Assembly (NCBI RefSeq): GCF_035627195.1
Contig: NZ_DASPMG010000121.1
Location: 2,498 to 66,497 of the forward strand
Length of the DNA: 64,000 nt
Origin: Azospirillum sp.
GTDB taxonomy: Bacteria > Pseudomonadota > Alphaproteobacteria > Azospirillales > Azospirillaceae
Direction of reading: 5' to 3'
The position numbers and the translations under genes were made by a program. Below, piece after piece: positions 53,255 to 63,816 of the stretch. The notes below the pieces were generated by a model that was not told the DNA's origin, did not search any database, and saw only the letters and a program-made list of their open reading frames with translations. Every line of letters begins with the position of its first letter. Within the stretch, counting starts at the first letter, position 1.

Positions 53255-56251
53255 ATGACGGCGATCGAGACCGTTCGAAACGCAGCGAGCGACGCAGCTG
53301 ACGCACCTCTGGTGGGCCGGCCGATCCCGCGCTTGGAAGACGCCGCGGTGCTGACCGGTGCCGCGCGCTACGCCGACGACCTGCCGGTCAAGCCGGGCAC
53401 CCTGCACGCCGCCATCCTGCGCTCGCCCCACGCGCACGCCGAGGTGCTGGGCATCGACGCGGCCGACGCACTGGGCATGCCCGGCGTGGCGGCGGTCATC
53501 ACCGGCGAGGACGCCAAGCGCCTTGCCAGCCCGTTCCTGGTCGGCGTCAAGGCGCCTATGGAGCACTGGTGCTTGGCGGTGGACCGCGTGCGCTACGTCG
53601 GCGAGCCGGTCGCCGTGGTGCTCGCCGACAACCGCTATCTGGCCGAGGACGCGCTGGACCGCATCTCCGTGCGCTACCGCCCGCTGCCGCCGGTGATGAG
53701 CGTGGAGCAGGCGGCCGACCCGGCGTCGGAACTGCTGCACCCGGCCGTCGGATCGAACATCGTCAACACCCGCAGCTTCCTCTACGGCGAGCCCGACGCG
53801 GCCTTCACGGCCGCCGAGCACCGGGTGACGCTGACCGTGCACTACCCGCGCAACTCCTGCACGCCCATGGAGTGCTTCGTCGTCCTGGCCGACTACGACC
53901 CGGCCGAGGGGGCGTACGAGGTGCTGTCCAACTTCTCCGGCCCCTTTGCCGTCCACCCGGTGATGGCGCGGGCGCTGAACGTGTCGGGCGCCAAGCTTCG
54001 CCTGAAATCGCCGCCGCATTCCGGCGGCAGCTTCGGCAACAAGCAGGCGGTGTTCCCCTACATCGTGCTGATGGGCGTGTGCGCCCGCGCCGCCGGCCGG
54101 CCGGTGAAGTGGGTGGAGGACCGGCTGGAGCACCTGATGGCCGCCACCTCCGCCACCGGCCGGCGCATGGACCTGGAGGCCGCCGTGGCGGCGGACGGCA
54201 AGGTGCTGGCGCTGCGCATGCAGCAGACGGAGGACTGCGGCGCCTACCTGCGCGCACCCGAGCCCGCCTCGCTCTACCGAAACCACGGGAACCTGACCGG
54301 TGCCTACGACATCCCGCACCTGTCGGTGGTCAACCGCATCGCCGTCACCAACAAGACGCCCAGCGGCCTGAACCGCGGCTTCGGCGGCGGGCAGCTGTAT
54401 TTCGGGCTGGAGCGGCTGATGCACCGCATCGCGCTCGCCCTTGGCCTCGACCCGCTGGACGTCATCCGCCGCAATCTGGTGCCCGCCGCGGCCATGCCCT
54501 ACGCCACGCCGTCCGGCGGGCGGCTGGACTCCGGCGACTACCCGGCGACGCTGGGGGAGGCGGTCGAGAAGGGCGGGCTGGCGGAGCTGAAGGCCCGGCG
54601 CGACAAGGCGCGTGCCGAGGGGCGGCTCTACGGCATCGGCTATGCCGCGGTGGTGGAGCCGTCGATCTCCAACATGGGCTACATCACCACGGTCCTGACG
54701 GCGGAGGAGCGGCGCAAGGCCGGCCCGAAGAACGGCGCCCAGGCGGCCGCCACGGTGGCGGTGGACCCGACCGGCGGCGTGTCCGTCGGCGTGGCGTCCG
54801 TGCCGCAGGGCCAGGGCCACCGCACGGTGCTGGCGCAGGTGATCGCCGACGTCTTCGGCCTGAAGATGGAGGACATCCGCGTCGTCACCGACTTCGACAC
54901 GGCCAAGGACGCGTGGTCGATCGCCGCCGGCAACTACTCCAGCCGCTTCGCGGGCGCCGTGGCCGGCGCCGCGCACATCGCCGCGACCCGCCTGCGCGAC
55001 CGGCTGGCGCGGCTGGCCGCCGGGCAGCTGAACGTCCCGGCCGAGGAGATCCGCTTCGCCAAGGGCAAGGTTTTCGCCGCCGGCAACCCGGAGAACGCGC
55101 TGTCCTTCTCCCGCCTCGCCGCCGCCGGCCACTGGTCGCCCGGCACGCTGCCCGATGGGCAGGAGGCGGCGCTGCGCGAGACCGCCTTCTGGACGCCGGA
55201 GCCGCTGAAGGCGCCGACCGACGCGGACCACATCAACAGCTCCGCCTGCTACGGCTTCATCTTCGACTTCTGCGGGGTGGAGGTGGACCGCGACACCGGG
55301 CGGGTGCGCATCGACCACTACGTCACCATGCACGACGCCGGGCGCCTGCTGAACCCGCTGCTGGTCGAGGGGCAGGTGCTGGGCGGCTTCTCCCAGGCCG
55401 TGGGCGTGGCGCTGTACGAGGAATACGCCTACGGCGAGGACGGGCGGTTCCTGTCCGGCACCTTCGCCGACTACCTCGTGCCCACGGCCGTGGAAGTGCC
55501 GGTACCGGTGATCCTGCACCGCGAGAGCCCCTCCCCCGTCACGCCGCTGGGCGCCAAGGGGGCCGGCGAAGGCAACAACATGAGCACGCCGGTCTGCATC
55601 GCCAACGCGGTGGCCGACGCGCTGGGCGTCGACACCGTGGACTTGCCGCTCACTCCCGCCAAGGTGGCGGCGATGATCCACGGCGCCGAGCCGCCGCGCC
55701 CCGCCACGGCCGGCGTCCCGCCCGCTCCCGCCGTTTCCGGCGGCCGGGGCCTGACCGGCGAGGGCAGCCGCACCGTGCCCGCCAGCCCCGAACAGGTGTG
55801 GGCGATCCTGCTGGATCCCAGGGAGCTGGCCGCATTGCTGCCCGGCTGCGAGGCGCTGGAGCTGGCCGGCCCCGACGCCTACCGGGCGGAGGTGGTGGTC
55901 GGCGTCGGCCCGATCCGCGGGCGCTACACGGCGGAGGTGGCGCTGTCCGACCTGAAGCCGCCCAATTCGCTGACGCTGACCGGCAGCGGGTCCAGCGCCC
56001 TCGGCACCGGGCGCGGCACCGGGCTCGTCACGCTGGAACGCACGGCGGCGGGCACGACCGTCCGCTACCGCTACACGGCGGAGGTCGGCGGCAAGGTGGC
56101 CGCCGTCGGCGGGCGCATGCTGGACAGCGCGGCGCGCCTGCTGATCGGCCAGTTCTTCGACAAGCTGATCGCGCGGGCCGGCGGGCCGGCGGCCGAGGAA
56201 CGCCCGTCGCTGCTCACCCGCCTCCGGCACCTCTTGGGGATTTCCCGATGA
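53255..56251 (+). CDS. hmfA: Molybdopterin hydroxylase large subunit with C-terminal CoxG/SRPBCC fusion; 2-furoyl-CoA dehydrogenase-like
   Basis: RLED..LTG, ILRSPHAHA, GGSFG, NRGFG, QGQGHRT, GAKGAGE; CoxG tail VGGKVAAVGGRM; gene order matches hmfABCDE. Confidence 0.8.
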   Translation: MTAIETVRNAASDAADAPLVGRPIPRLEDAAVLTGAARYADDLPVKPGTLHAAILRSPHAHAEVLGIDAADALGMPGVAAVITGEDAKRLASPFLVGVKAPMEHWCLAVDRVRYVGEPVAVVLADNRYLAEDALDRISVRYRPLPPVMSVEQAADPASELLHPAVGSNIVNTRSFLYGEPDAAFTAAEHRVTLTVHYPRNSCTPMECFVVLADYDPAEGAYEVLSNFSGPFAVHPVMARALNVSGAKLRLKSPPHSGGSFGNKQAVFPYIVLMGVCARAAGRPVKWVEDRLEHLMAATSATGRRMDLEAAVAADGKVLALRMQQTEDCGAYLRAPEPASLYRNHGNLTGAYDIPHLSVVNRIAVTNKTPSGLNRGFGGGQLYFGLERLMHRIALALGLDPLDVIRRNLVPAAAMPYATPSGGRLDSGDYPATLGEAVEKGGLAELKARRDKARAEGRLYGIGYAAVVEPSISNMGYITTVLTAEERRKAGPKNGAQAAATVAVDPTGGVSVGVASVPQGQGHRTVLAQVIADVFGLKMEDIRVVTDFDTAKDAWSIAAGNYSSRFAGAVAGAAHIAATRLRDRLARLAAGQLNVPAEEIRFAKGKVFAAGNPENALSFSRLAAAGHWSPGTLPDGQEAALRETAFWTPEPLKAPTDADHINSSACYGFIFDFCGVEVDRDTGRVRIDHYVTMHDAGRLLNPLLVEGQVLGGFSQAVGVALYEEYAYGEDGRFLSGTFADYLVPTAVEVPVPVILHRESPSPVTPLGAKGAGEGNNMSTPVCIANAVADALGVDTVDLPLTPAKVAAMIHGAEPPRPATAGVPPAPAVSGGRGLTGEGSRTVPASPEQVWAILLDPRELAALLPGCEALELAGPDAYRAEVVVGVGPIRGRYTAEVALSDLKPPNSLTLTGSGSSALGTGRGTGLVTLERTAAGTTVRYRYTAEVGGKVAAVGGRMLDSAARLLIGQFFDKLIARAGGPAAEERPSLLTRLRHLLGISR

Positions 56252-57075
56252 AGCCCGCCCCCTTCGACTACCTGCGCCCGGCCAGCGTGGCGGAAGCGCT
56301 GGCGGCCCTGGCCCAGGGCGGCGAGGACGCCCGCATCGTCGCCGGCGGCCAGTCGCTGATGCCCATGCTGAACATGCGCCTCGTCCAGCCGCGCCTGCTG
56401 ATCGACCTGTCCCGGCTGGAGGAGCTGCGCACACTCGACGCGACCGACGGCTGGCTCACCATCGGTGCCGCGGTCACGCAGTCCGAGCTGATGGCGCGGC
56501 CGACGCTGGCGCGGGAAGTGCCGCTGCTCGCATCCGCCCTGCCCTGGGTCGGGCATTTCCAAACGCGCAACCGGGGCACCGTCTGCGGCTCCGTCGCGCA
56601 CGCCGATCCCAGCGCGGAGATCCCGCTGTGCCTCGTGGCGCTGGGGGGCGAGGTGCTGCTGCGCTCGGCGCGCAAGCGGCGCACGGTGCCGGTGGCCGAC
56701 TTCTTCGTCGGCCCGCTGACCACCGCCAAGTGGGCGGACGAAATCGTCGAGGCGGTGCGCGTCCCGCTCGCCAAACCCGGCGGCGGCCACGCCTTCCGCG
56801 AGGTGGCGATGCGGCATGGCGACTTCGCCATCACCGCCTGCGCCGCCATTGCCGACGCGCAGGGCATCCGCCTCGCCGTCGGCGGCGTCGCCGACCGGCC
56901 GACGGCACGCGACTGGCCCCTGCTGGACGGCGCCGCCCTGGACGAAGCGCTCAACGCCTTCGCCTGGGACCTCGGTGGCGACGACGACCAGCACGCCACC
57001 GCCGCCTACCGCCGCACCCTCGTCCGCCGCATCGGCCGCACCACGATCGAGGAGGCTCTCGCATGCCGGTCCTGA
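56248..57075 (+). CDS. hmfB: FAD-binding subunit (CoxM-like)
   Basis: MKPAPFDY, AGGQSLMPMLNMRL, RNRGTVCGSVAHADP. Confidence 0.82.
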   Translation: MKPAPFDYLRPASVAEALAALAQGGEDARIVAGGQSLMPMLNMRLVQPRLLIDLSRLEELRTLDATDGWLTIGAAVTQSELMARPTLAREVPLLASALPWVGHFQTRNRGTVCGSVAHADPSAEIPLCLVALGGEVLLRSARKRRTVPVADFFVGPLTTAKWADEIVEAVRVPLAKPGGGHAFREVAMRHGDFAITACAAIADAQGIRLAVGGVADRPTARDWPLLDGAALDEALNAFAWDLGGDDDQHATAAYRRTLVRRIGRTTIEEALACRS

Positions 57076-57566
57076 CCGCCGACGCGCGGCACACCGTCAC
57101 CATCACCCTAAACGGCAAGGCGCGCACGGGCACCGCGCACCCGCGCCTGCTGCTCAGCGACTTCCTGCGCCACGAGCTGGGCGCGCACGGCACCCGCGTG
57201 GGGTGCGAGCACGGCGTGTGCGGCGCCTGCACCGTGCGCATCGACGGCGTGGCCCAGCGCGCCTGCCTGACGCTGGCCGTTCAGGCCGACGGGCGGCGCA
57301 TCGACACCGTCGAAGGTCTCGCCAAAGAAGACCGCATGACCGCCTTGCAGGAGGCCTTCAACCGCCACCACGCGCTGCAGTGCGGCTTCTGCACCGCCGG
57401 CATCCTGATGTCGCTGTCCGACTACCTGGAGCGCGTGCCCAAACCATCGGAGGAGGAGTTGCGCGACATGCTGAGCGGGCACCTGTGCCGCTGCACCGGC
57501 TACGCCGGGATCGTGCGCGCGGTCATGGACGTGACCGGCCAAAGCACGGAGACCACCCATGTTTGA
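57063..57566 (+). CDS. hmfC: [2Fe-2S] subunit (CoxS-like)
   Basis: GCEHGVCGACTV, QCGFCTAG, LCRCTGY. Confidence 0.85.
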   Translation: MPVLTADARHTVTITLNGKARTGTAHPRLLLSDFLRHELGAHGTRVGCEHGVCGACTVRIDGVAQRACLTLAVQADGRRIDTVEGLAKEDRMTALQEAFNRHHALQCGFCTAGILMSLSDYLERVPKPSEEELRDMLSGHLCRCTGYAGIVRAVMDVTGQSTETTHV

Positions 57567-59073
57567 CCTCGGCCGCAGCTTCCTTGCCAGCGTGGAGCGC
57601 AGCCCGGACGCCTTGGCCCTGGTGGACGGGCCGGTGCGCCTGACCTACGCGCAGTGGGCGGACAGGGTCCTGCGCGTCGTGGCGTCCTTCGAAGCCATGG
57701 GGCTGAGGCCCGGCGACATGGTCGCCACGGCGCTGCAGAACACCTGGCCCATGGCCACCATCCACTGGGCCTGCCAGCTGGCCGGCCTGACCGTGGCGCC
57801 CTTCAACTGGCGCATCAAGGCGGAGGAGCTGGACTACTGCCTGCCCGACGCCGGGGCGAAGCTGCTGGTCTTCCAGGACGTCTCGGCCGAGGCCGTCGCC
57901 GCCTCCCCCGCCGCACAGGCGCTGCCGCGCGTCGATGCCGCGGAATTCGACCGCCTGCTGGCCGCCGAACCGGCCCCGGCGGTGTCGCGGGCGACGGCCG
58001 AGAGCCTGTCGCTGCTGCTCTACACCTCCGGCACCACGGGCAAGCCCAAGGGCGTGCCGCGCCGGCACCGGGCGGAGCGCGCGGCGGCCGTCGCCCACGT
58101 GGCGCAGAACTGCTACGCCATCGGCGAGCGCACGCTGGGCGTCATGCCCCTGTACCACACCATGGGCGTGCGTTCGCTGCTGTCCATGGCGCTGATCGAC
58201 GGGTTGTTCGTCTGCCAGCCGCGCTTCGACACCACGGGTGCCCTCGAGTTGATCGAGCGGGAGGCGCTGACCTGCCTCTACCTCGTGCCGACGCTCTACC
58301 ACGACCTGCTGGCCAACCCGCGTTTCGCCCAGACGGACGTGTCGAGCGTGCGCAAGCTGGGCTTCGCCGGCGCGCCGATGACGGACGGCCTCCTGCAGAA
58401 ACTGGACAAGGCGTTCCGGCCGCAGCTGTTCGTCAACCACTACGGCTCATCCGAGATCTACACCTTCACCATCAACCAGAACGCCCCGGCCAAGCCGGGT
58501 TCGGCCGGCCGGGCGGCGCTCAACCAGCGCATCCGCGTGGTCAAACTCGGCTCCCACGACCCGGAGGAGCGCGCGGCGGTGGGCGAGGAAGGGCAGATCA
58601 TCGCCGACCTGACGGGCGACGAGGCGTTCGAAGGCTACCTGAACCGCCCCGACGCGGACGCCAAGGCGCTGCACGCCGGCTGGTACTTCACCGGCGACAC
58701 CGGCTATTTCGACGCCGACGGCGACCTGTTCGTCTCCGGCCGGGTCGACGACATGATCATCACCGGCGGCGAGAACGTCTCCCCCGTGGAGATCGAGAGT
58801 GTGCTGTCGCTCCACGCCGACGTGCTGGAAGTGGCCGTCGCCGGCCTGCCAGACGAGCGCTGGGGCCAGAAGGTCGTCGCCTTCGTCAAGCGCCGGGCGG
58901 GCGTCGATCACGCGGCACTGGACGCGCACTGCCGCACCTCCGGCCTCGCCAACTTCAAGCGCCCGCGCGAGTACGTCTTCCTCGACGAGATCCCGAAATC
59001 GCCGGTCGGCAAGATCCTGCGCCGCAAGCTGCAGGCCGGCGAGTTTCACCCCGAACAGCCCGATGCCACCTGA
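57559..59073 (+). CDS. hmfD: Acyl-CoA ligase, 2-furoate--CoA ligase-like
   Basis: YTSGTTGKPKG, YGSSE, GWYFTGD, GRVDDMIITGGENV, PKSPVGKILRR. Confidence 0.82.
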   Translation: MFDLGRSFLASVERSPDALALVDGPVRLTYAQWADRVLRVVASFEAMGLRPGDMVATALQNTWPMATIHWACQLAGLTVAPFNWRIKAEELDYCLPDAGAKLLVFQDVSAEAVAASPAAQALPRVDAAEFDRLLAAEPAPAVSRATAESLSLLLYTSGTTGKPKGVPRRHRAERAAAVAHVAQNCYAIGERTLGVMPLYHTMGVRSLLSMALIDGLFVCQPRFDTTGALELIEREALTCLYLVPTLYHDLLANPRFAQTDVSSVRKLGFAGAPMTDGLLQKLDKAFRPQLFVNHYGSSEIYTFTINQNAPAKPGSAGRAALNQRIRVVKLGSHDPEERAAVGEEGQIIADLTGDEAFEGYLNRPDADAKALHAGWYFTGDTGYFDADGDLFVSGRVDDMIITGGENVSPVEIESVLSLHADVLEVAVAGLPDERWGQKVVAFVKRRAGVDHAALDAHCRTSGLANFKRPREYVFLDEIPKSPVGKILRRKLQAGEFHPEQPDAT

Positions 59074-59103
59074 CCCGATGCCACCTGACAGGAGTATCCT
59101 GAC

Positions 59104-59910
59104 GTGACCGCCTACACCTTTGCCGACACCGACCTCCTGAAAGAGCTGGACGGCTTTCGCGTCGAGTTCGACGCCTCCAGGGAGCGCGCCGACATCGTGC
59201 TGAGCCGGCCGCCGATGAACATCGTCGCCATGCGCCAGCGCGACCAGTTCCGCGCCGTGTTCGAGGCGCTGGACCGCGATGACCGTGTCAGGGTCATCGT
59301 GCTGCGCGCCGACGGGGAGAACTTCTCCTCCGGCGGCAACATCGCCGGCTTCATGGAGGCGAGCCCCGAGCACGTCTCCGAACTGGCCAACAACATCGCC
59401 GCACCCGAGCGCTGCCGCAAGCCGGTGATCGCTCAGGTGCGCGGCTACTGCTTCGGCGTGGGCTTCGAGCTGTCGCTGGCCTGCGACTTCCGCATCGCGT
59501 CGGAAACCGCGCAGTTCGCCCTGCCGGAGATGCGCATCGGCATGATCCCCGGCTCCGGCGGATCGGCGCGGCTGCTGCACATGATCGGCATCGCCCGCAC
59601 CAAGGACATGGTCATGCGCGCCCGCCGCGTGCCCGGCCGTCAGGCCGCCGAGTGGGGCTTCGTCACCGACTGCGTGCCCGACGCCGATCTGGAGAAGACG
59701 GTGGACGCCCTGGTGGACGAACTGCGCGGCTTCTCGCCGTTGGCCCAGCGCACCATCAAGGTCGTGCTGAACCGCGGCCAGCACACCTCGGTTCAGGGTG
59801 CCATCGAGATCGAGGGGCAGGCCTACGGCCGCCTGCGCAACTCCAACGATTTCAAGGAAGGCGTCGCCTCCTTCCACGAGAAGCGCAAGCCAACCTTCAG
59901 CGGCAGCTGA
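59104..59910 (+). CDS. hmfE: Crotonase-family 2-oxoglutaroyl-CoA hydrolase-like protein
   Basis: ERADIVLSRPPMN, FSSGG, EASPEHVS, GYCFGVGFELSLACDFR, IPGSGGSARL; GTG start after AGGAG. Confidence 0.8.
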   Translation: MTAYTFADTDLLKELDGFRVEFDASRERADIVLSRPPMNIVAMRQRDQFRAVFEALDRDDRVRVIVLRADGENFSSGGNIAGFMEASPEHVSELANNIAAPERCRKPVIAQVRGYCFGVGFELSLACDFRIASETAQFALPEMRIGMIPGSGGSARLLHMIGIARTKDMVMRARRVPGRQAAEWGFVTDCVPDADLEKTVDALVDELRGFSPLAQRTIKVVLNRGQHTSVQGAIEIEGQAYGRLRNSNDFKEGVASFHEKRKPTFSGS

Positions 59911-59938
59911 GCGAACGACAAAACCAAGGGAGGGAACC

Positions 59939-61108
59939 ATGTCGAAGACGACCACCATCCTTGCCGCGGCCCTGCTGCTCGGCACGTCGGCCGCCGCACT
60001 CGCCGCCGATCCCATCCGCATCGGCGTGGTGACGCCGCTGTCCGGCACCTACGCCCCCATCGGCCAGCAGGTCCGCTGGGGCCTGGAACTCGCCGCCAAG
60101 GAGGTCAACGACAAAGGCGGCATCGCCAGCCGCCCGGTCGAGCTGATGTTCGAGGACGAGGAGGCCAACCCCTCCGTCGCCGTGCAGAAGGCGGAGAAGC
60201 TGTTCCAGGTCGGCAAGGTCGATTTCCTGACCGGCACCGTCAATTCCGGCTCGACGCTGGCCGTGGGACAGGTGGCGGAACGCAACGACCGGCTGATCGC
60301 CACCACCGTGTCGTTCGCCGATTCCATCACCACCGACAAATGCTCGCCCAACGTCTTCCGCGTCAACGCCCGGGCCGGCCAGCAGTCGGCGGCGCTGGCC
60401 GAGTGGTTGAGCAAGGAGAAGCCCAAGAGCAAGGTCTTCTTCCTCGGCCCCGACTACGAGATGGGGCGTTCCACCGTCGCCGCCTTCAAGCAGGCCGCCA
60501 CCGCCAAGGGGGCCAGCGAGGCAGGCGAGGTCTTCGCGCCGCTCGACAGCAAGGACTACACCCAGTACTTCGGCCAGCTGCGCGCCTCGCGGCCCAGCGT
60601 CATGTACACCTCGGTGGCGGGCAACGACACGGTGCGCCTGCTCTCCCAGCTGGAAGAATACGGCCTCTTGCGCAACATCACCGTGGTGGGCGCGTCGGGC
60701 ACGGTGACCTCGCAGAACATCGGCGCCATCGGCAAGGCGGCGGAGGGCTTTGTCACCGGCGTCGGCTACTCGCCGGAGATCGACACGGCGGAGAACAAGG
60801 CCTTCGTCCAGGCCTTCCGGGCCGCCTACAAGACCGACCCGGACCTGTACGGCGCCGACAGCTATGGCCTGATCCACTTCTACAAGGCCGCGGTCGAGAA
60901 GGCCGGCGGCACGGAGACGGCCAAGCTGCGCGAAGCCATGCGCGGCATCCAGTGGGCCACGCCGCAGGGCACCAAGACCATGCGCGCCGGCGACCATCAG
61001 GCGGTGCAGGACATGTACGCGGTGCAGGTGAAGGGCGGCAAGTTCCAGATCGTCGGCACCGTCCCCGGCGACGCCGCCATCGGCCAGGACGCCTGCACGA
61101 AGTTCTAG
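59939..61108 (+). CDS. ABC transporter substrate-binding protein (Liv-like)
   Basis: Signal peptide; IGVVTPLSG, DYEMG, RAGDHQA. Confidence 0.9.
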   Translation: MSKTTTILAAALLLGTSAAALAADPIRIGVVTPLSGTYAPIGQQVRWGLELAAKEVNDKGGIASRPVELMFEDEEANPSVAVQKAEKLFQVGKVDFLTGTVNSGSTLAVGQVAERNDRLIATTVSFADSITTDKCSPNVFRVNARAGQQSAALAEWLSKEKPKSKVFFLGPDYEMGRSTVAAFKQAATAKGASEAGEVFAPLDSKDYTQYFGQLRASRPSVMYTSVAGNDTVRLLSQLEEYGLLRNITVVGASGTVTSQNIGAIGKAAEGFVTGVGYSPEIDTAENKAFVQAFRAAYKTDPDLYGADSYGLIHFYKAAVEKAGGTETAKLREAMRGIQWATPQGTKTMRAGDHQAVQDMYAVQVKGGKFQIVGTVPGDAAIGQDACTKF

Positions 61109-61162
61109 AAATCCAGCCCCTTCCCTCCCCCGCCTCCGGCGGGGGAGGGAAAGTGAGGATCC

Positions 61163-62056
61163 ATGCCCGAGTTCTTCGATTACTTCCAGTTCGTGCTGGC
61201 GCCGCAGGTGCTGAACGGCCTGTCGCTCGGGGTCGCGGTGATCCTGATGGCGCTGGGGCTGACCATCATCTTCGGCCTGCTCGACGTCATCAACATGGCG
61301 CACGGCGAGTTCTACGCCATCGGCGCCTTCCTGGCGCTCAGCGTGGCGGCGCTGGGCCTCAACTTCTGGATCATGCTGGCGCTCATCCCGCTCTTGATGG
61401 TCCCCATCGGCTGGTTCACCGAGCGGCTGCTGATCCAGCGCGTCTTCCACAGCCGGGAACGGCACATCCTCACCCTGCTGCTCACCTTCGGGCTGGGCAT
61501 GATCCTGGAGGACGTGCTGAAGCTGATCTACGGCCCCAACACCATGAAGCCGGACATGCCCATCGGCGGCGGCACGGAGATCCTGGGCATCTTCCTGCCC
61601 AACTACCGGCTGTTCCTAATCCTGTTCGGCGCGGCGCTGATCCTGGCAGTGTGGCTGGTGGTGTTCCGCACGCGGCTCGGCGCCATGGTGCGGGCGGCGG
61701 CGTGGGACAAGGACATGGCGTCGTCGCTGGGCGTACCGGTGCGCCTCGTCTACTCCGGCACCTTTGCGTTCGGGGTGGCGCTGGCCGGGCTGTCGGGGGT
61801 GCTGCTGGCGCCCATCTACTCGGTCTTCCCCACCATGGGGCGCGACTTCATCCTGATGGCCTTCACCGTGGTGATCGTCGGCGGCATGGGTTCCATCCAG
61901 GGCGCCGTCGTCGCCGGCCTGCTGCTGACGCAGGTGCAAGCCGTCTCCAGCCTCTACATCTCCCCCGTGTGGACGGACCCGCTGGTGTTCGGGATCATGG
62001 TCATGGTCCTGATGGTGCGGCCGCAGGGGCTTTTCGGAAAGCTCGGCAATGCGTGA
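61163..62056 (+). CDS. LivH-type ABC permease
   Basis: LMALGLTIIFGLLDVINMAHGEFY, VVIVGGMGS. Confidence 0.9.
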   Translation: MPEFFDYFQFVLAPQVLNGLSLGVAVILMALGLTIIFGLLDVINMAHGEFYAIGAFLALSVAALGLNFWIMLALIPLLMVPIGWFTERLLIQRVFHSRERHILTLLLTFGLGMILEDVLKLIYGPNTMKPDMPIGGGTEILGIFLPNYRLFLILFGAALILAVWLVVFRTRLGAMVRAAAWDKDMASSLGVPVRLVYSGTFAFGVALAGLSGVLLAPIYSVFPTMGRDFILMAFTVVIVGGMGSIQGAVVAGLLLTQVQAVSSLYISPVWTDPLVFGIMVMVLMVRPQGLFGKLGNA

Positions 62057-63065
62057 CGCGACCATCACCGGGCGCCTGGGCGCCCGCGGCCGGGAGGCGG
62101 CACGCGACGCCGTGCACGTCCTGGCTCTGGCCTTCCTGGCGCTCGCCATCGGCTTCGGCGTCGTCGCCTGGGCGGTGGGCGACACCTTCTACCTACGCCT
62201 CGCCACCGAGGCGCTGATCTTCGCCGGGCTGGCGATGAGCGTGGACATCCTGCTGGGCTACACGGGCCTGCTGTCGCTGGGCCAAGCGCTGTACTTCGGG
62301 CTGGGCGCCTACACCTCGGCCGTGGTGCTGCGCAGCGTCGGGCCGTCGTTCTGGCTGGCGATGGGGGCGACGCTGCTGCTCGCCACCGTGGCCGGTACCA
62401 TCGGCGGCTTCATCGCCAACCGGGTGAAGGGCGTGTACTTCGCGCTGATCACCTTCGGTCTGGCGCAGGTCGCCGCCAAGGTCGTCTACAACACGCGGGA
62501 ACTGGGTGCCTCCGACGGCCTGATCGGCGTGCCGGAGATCGCCATCGAACTCGGCCTGTTCACCGTGCAGGCGGCCAACCCGGCGGCGTTCTTCCTGTTC
62601 GTGCTGGCGCTGACCATGCTGATGTACGCCGGCCTCGCCTACCTGATGGACACGCCGTTCGGCCGCACGCTGGTCGCCATCCGCGCCAACGAGAAGCGCG
62701 TGCCCTTCCTGGGCTTCAACCCGCTGACCTACCGCATGCTGGCCTACGTCCTGGCGGCGAATGTCGCGGCGCTGTCGGGGGCGCTGTACCCGATGCTGCG
62801 CGGCTTCGTATCGCCGGAGCTGCTGTTCTTCCAGACCTCGGGCAACGCCGTCATCACGGTGATCGTCGGCGGGGTCGGCACGCTGATCGGCCCGATCGCC
62901 GGCAGCGTGCTGCTGACGGCCCTGCGCTCCGTCATCGGCACCTGGACCGAGCACCACCTGATCGTCATCGGGGTGATCTTCATGCTGTCCGTCATCATCC
63001 TGCCCAAGGGGCTGGTGGGCGCCGTGCGGCCCTGGCTGCAGCGCCGCCTGGGAGGCAACCCATGA
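62049..63065 (+). CDS. LivM-type ABC permease
   Basis: LLGYTGLLSLGQALYFG, GVYFALIT, AIRANEKR. Confidence 0.9.
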   Translation: MRDATITGRLGARGREAARDAVHVLALAFLALAIGFGVVAWAVGDTFYLRLATEALIFAGLAMSVDILLGYTGLLSLGQALYFGLGAYTSAVVLRSVGPSFWLAMGATLLLATVAGTIGGFIANRVKGVYFALITFGLAQVAAKVVYNTRELGASDGLIGVPEIAIELGLFTVQAANPAAFFLFVLALTMLMYAGLAYLMDTPFGRTLVAIRANEKRVPFLGFNPLTYRMLAYVLAANVAALSGALYPMLRGFVSPELLFFQTSGNAVITVIVGGVGTLIGPIAGSVLLTALRSVIGTWTEHHLIVIGVIFMLSVIILPKGLVGAVRPWLQRRLGGNP

Positions 63066-63814
63066 CCCACCCCACCACCGCCGTGCTGTCCGTGCGCGAC
63101 CTGACCGTCAACTTCGGCGGGCTGGTCGCCGTCAATCGGATGAGCTTCGATGCGGAGCGCGGGCGCATCACCTCCGTCATCGGGCCGAACGGGGCGGGCA
63201 AAAGCTCGCTGTTCAACCTGATCAGCGGCGCCATCCGGCCCACCGGCGGGCACGTCCTGCTGGAGGGTGCCGACGTCACCGGCCGGCCGCCGCACCGCAT
63301 GCTGGCCGCCGGCCTCGCCCGCTCCTTCCAGATCACCAACCTGTTCTTCGAGCTGACGGTTCTGGAGAACCTGCGCCTCGCCGCCCAGATCGCGGAACCG
63401 CCGCTGGCCTCCGTCTTGCCGCTCGGGCGCAGCCGCCACGCGCTGGAGCGGGCGGACGCGCTGCTGGATCGCTTCGCGCTGTCGCCCAAAGCGTTCGAGC
63501 TGGCCGGCAACCTGTCGCACGGCGAGCAGCGGCGCCTGGAGATCGCCGTGGCCCTGGCGTGCGAGCCACGCGTCCTGCTGCTGGACGAGCCGACGCAGGG
63601 CATGAGCCACGGCGACACCGCCGACACGGCCGATATGATCAAGCGCCTGGCCGGCGAGATCACCGTGCTGCTGATCGAGCACGACATCGGGCTGGTGATG
63701 ACGCTGTCCGACCATGTCGTCGTCATGCACCAGGGCCGCAAGCTGGCCGAAGGCGCGCCGGCCGTCGTGCGCGCCGAGCCGGCCGTCCAGGCCGCCTATT
63801 TCGGACACGCATAG
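63062..63814 (+). CDS. LivG-type ABC ATPase
   Basis: GPNGAGKS, RSFQ, LDEPT, IEHD. Confidence 0.92.
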   Translation: MTHPTTAVLSVRDLTVNFGGLVAVNRMSFDAERGRITSVIGPNGAGKSSLFNLISGAIRPTGGHVLLEGADVTGRPPHRMLAAGLARSFQITNLFFELTVLENLRLAAQIAEPPLASVLPLGRSRHALERADALLDRFALSPKAFELAGNLSHGEQRRLEIAVALACEPRVLLLDEPTQGMSHGDTADTADMIKRLAGEITVLLIEHDIGLVMTLSDHVVVMHQGRKLAEGAPAVVRAEPAVQAAYFGHA

Positions 63815-63816
63815 CC

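Noticed and set aside
53252-57075. 1060-aa minus-strand and 1168-aa plus-strand alternative ORFs
   Set aside because: Shadow or off-frame ORFs over hmfA/hmfB with Arg/Ala/Gly-rich junk composition
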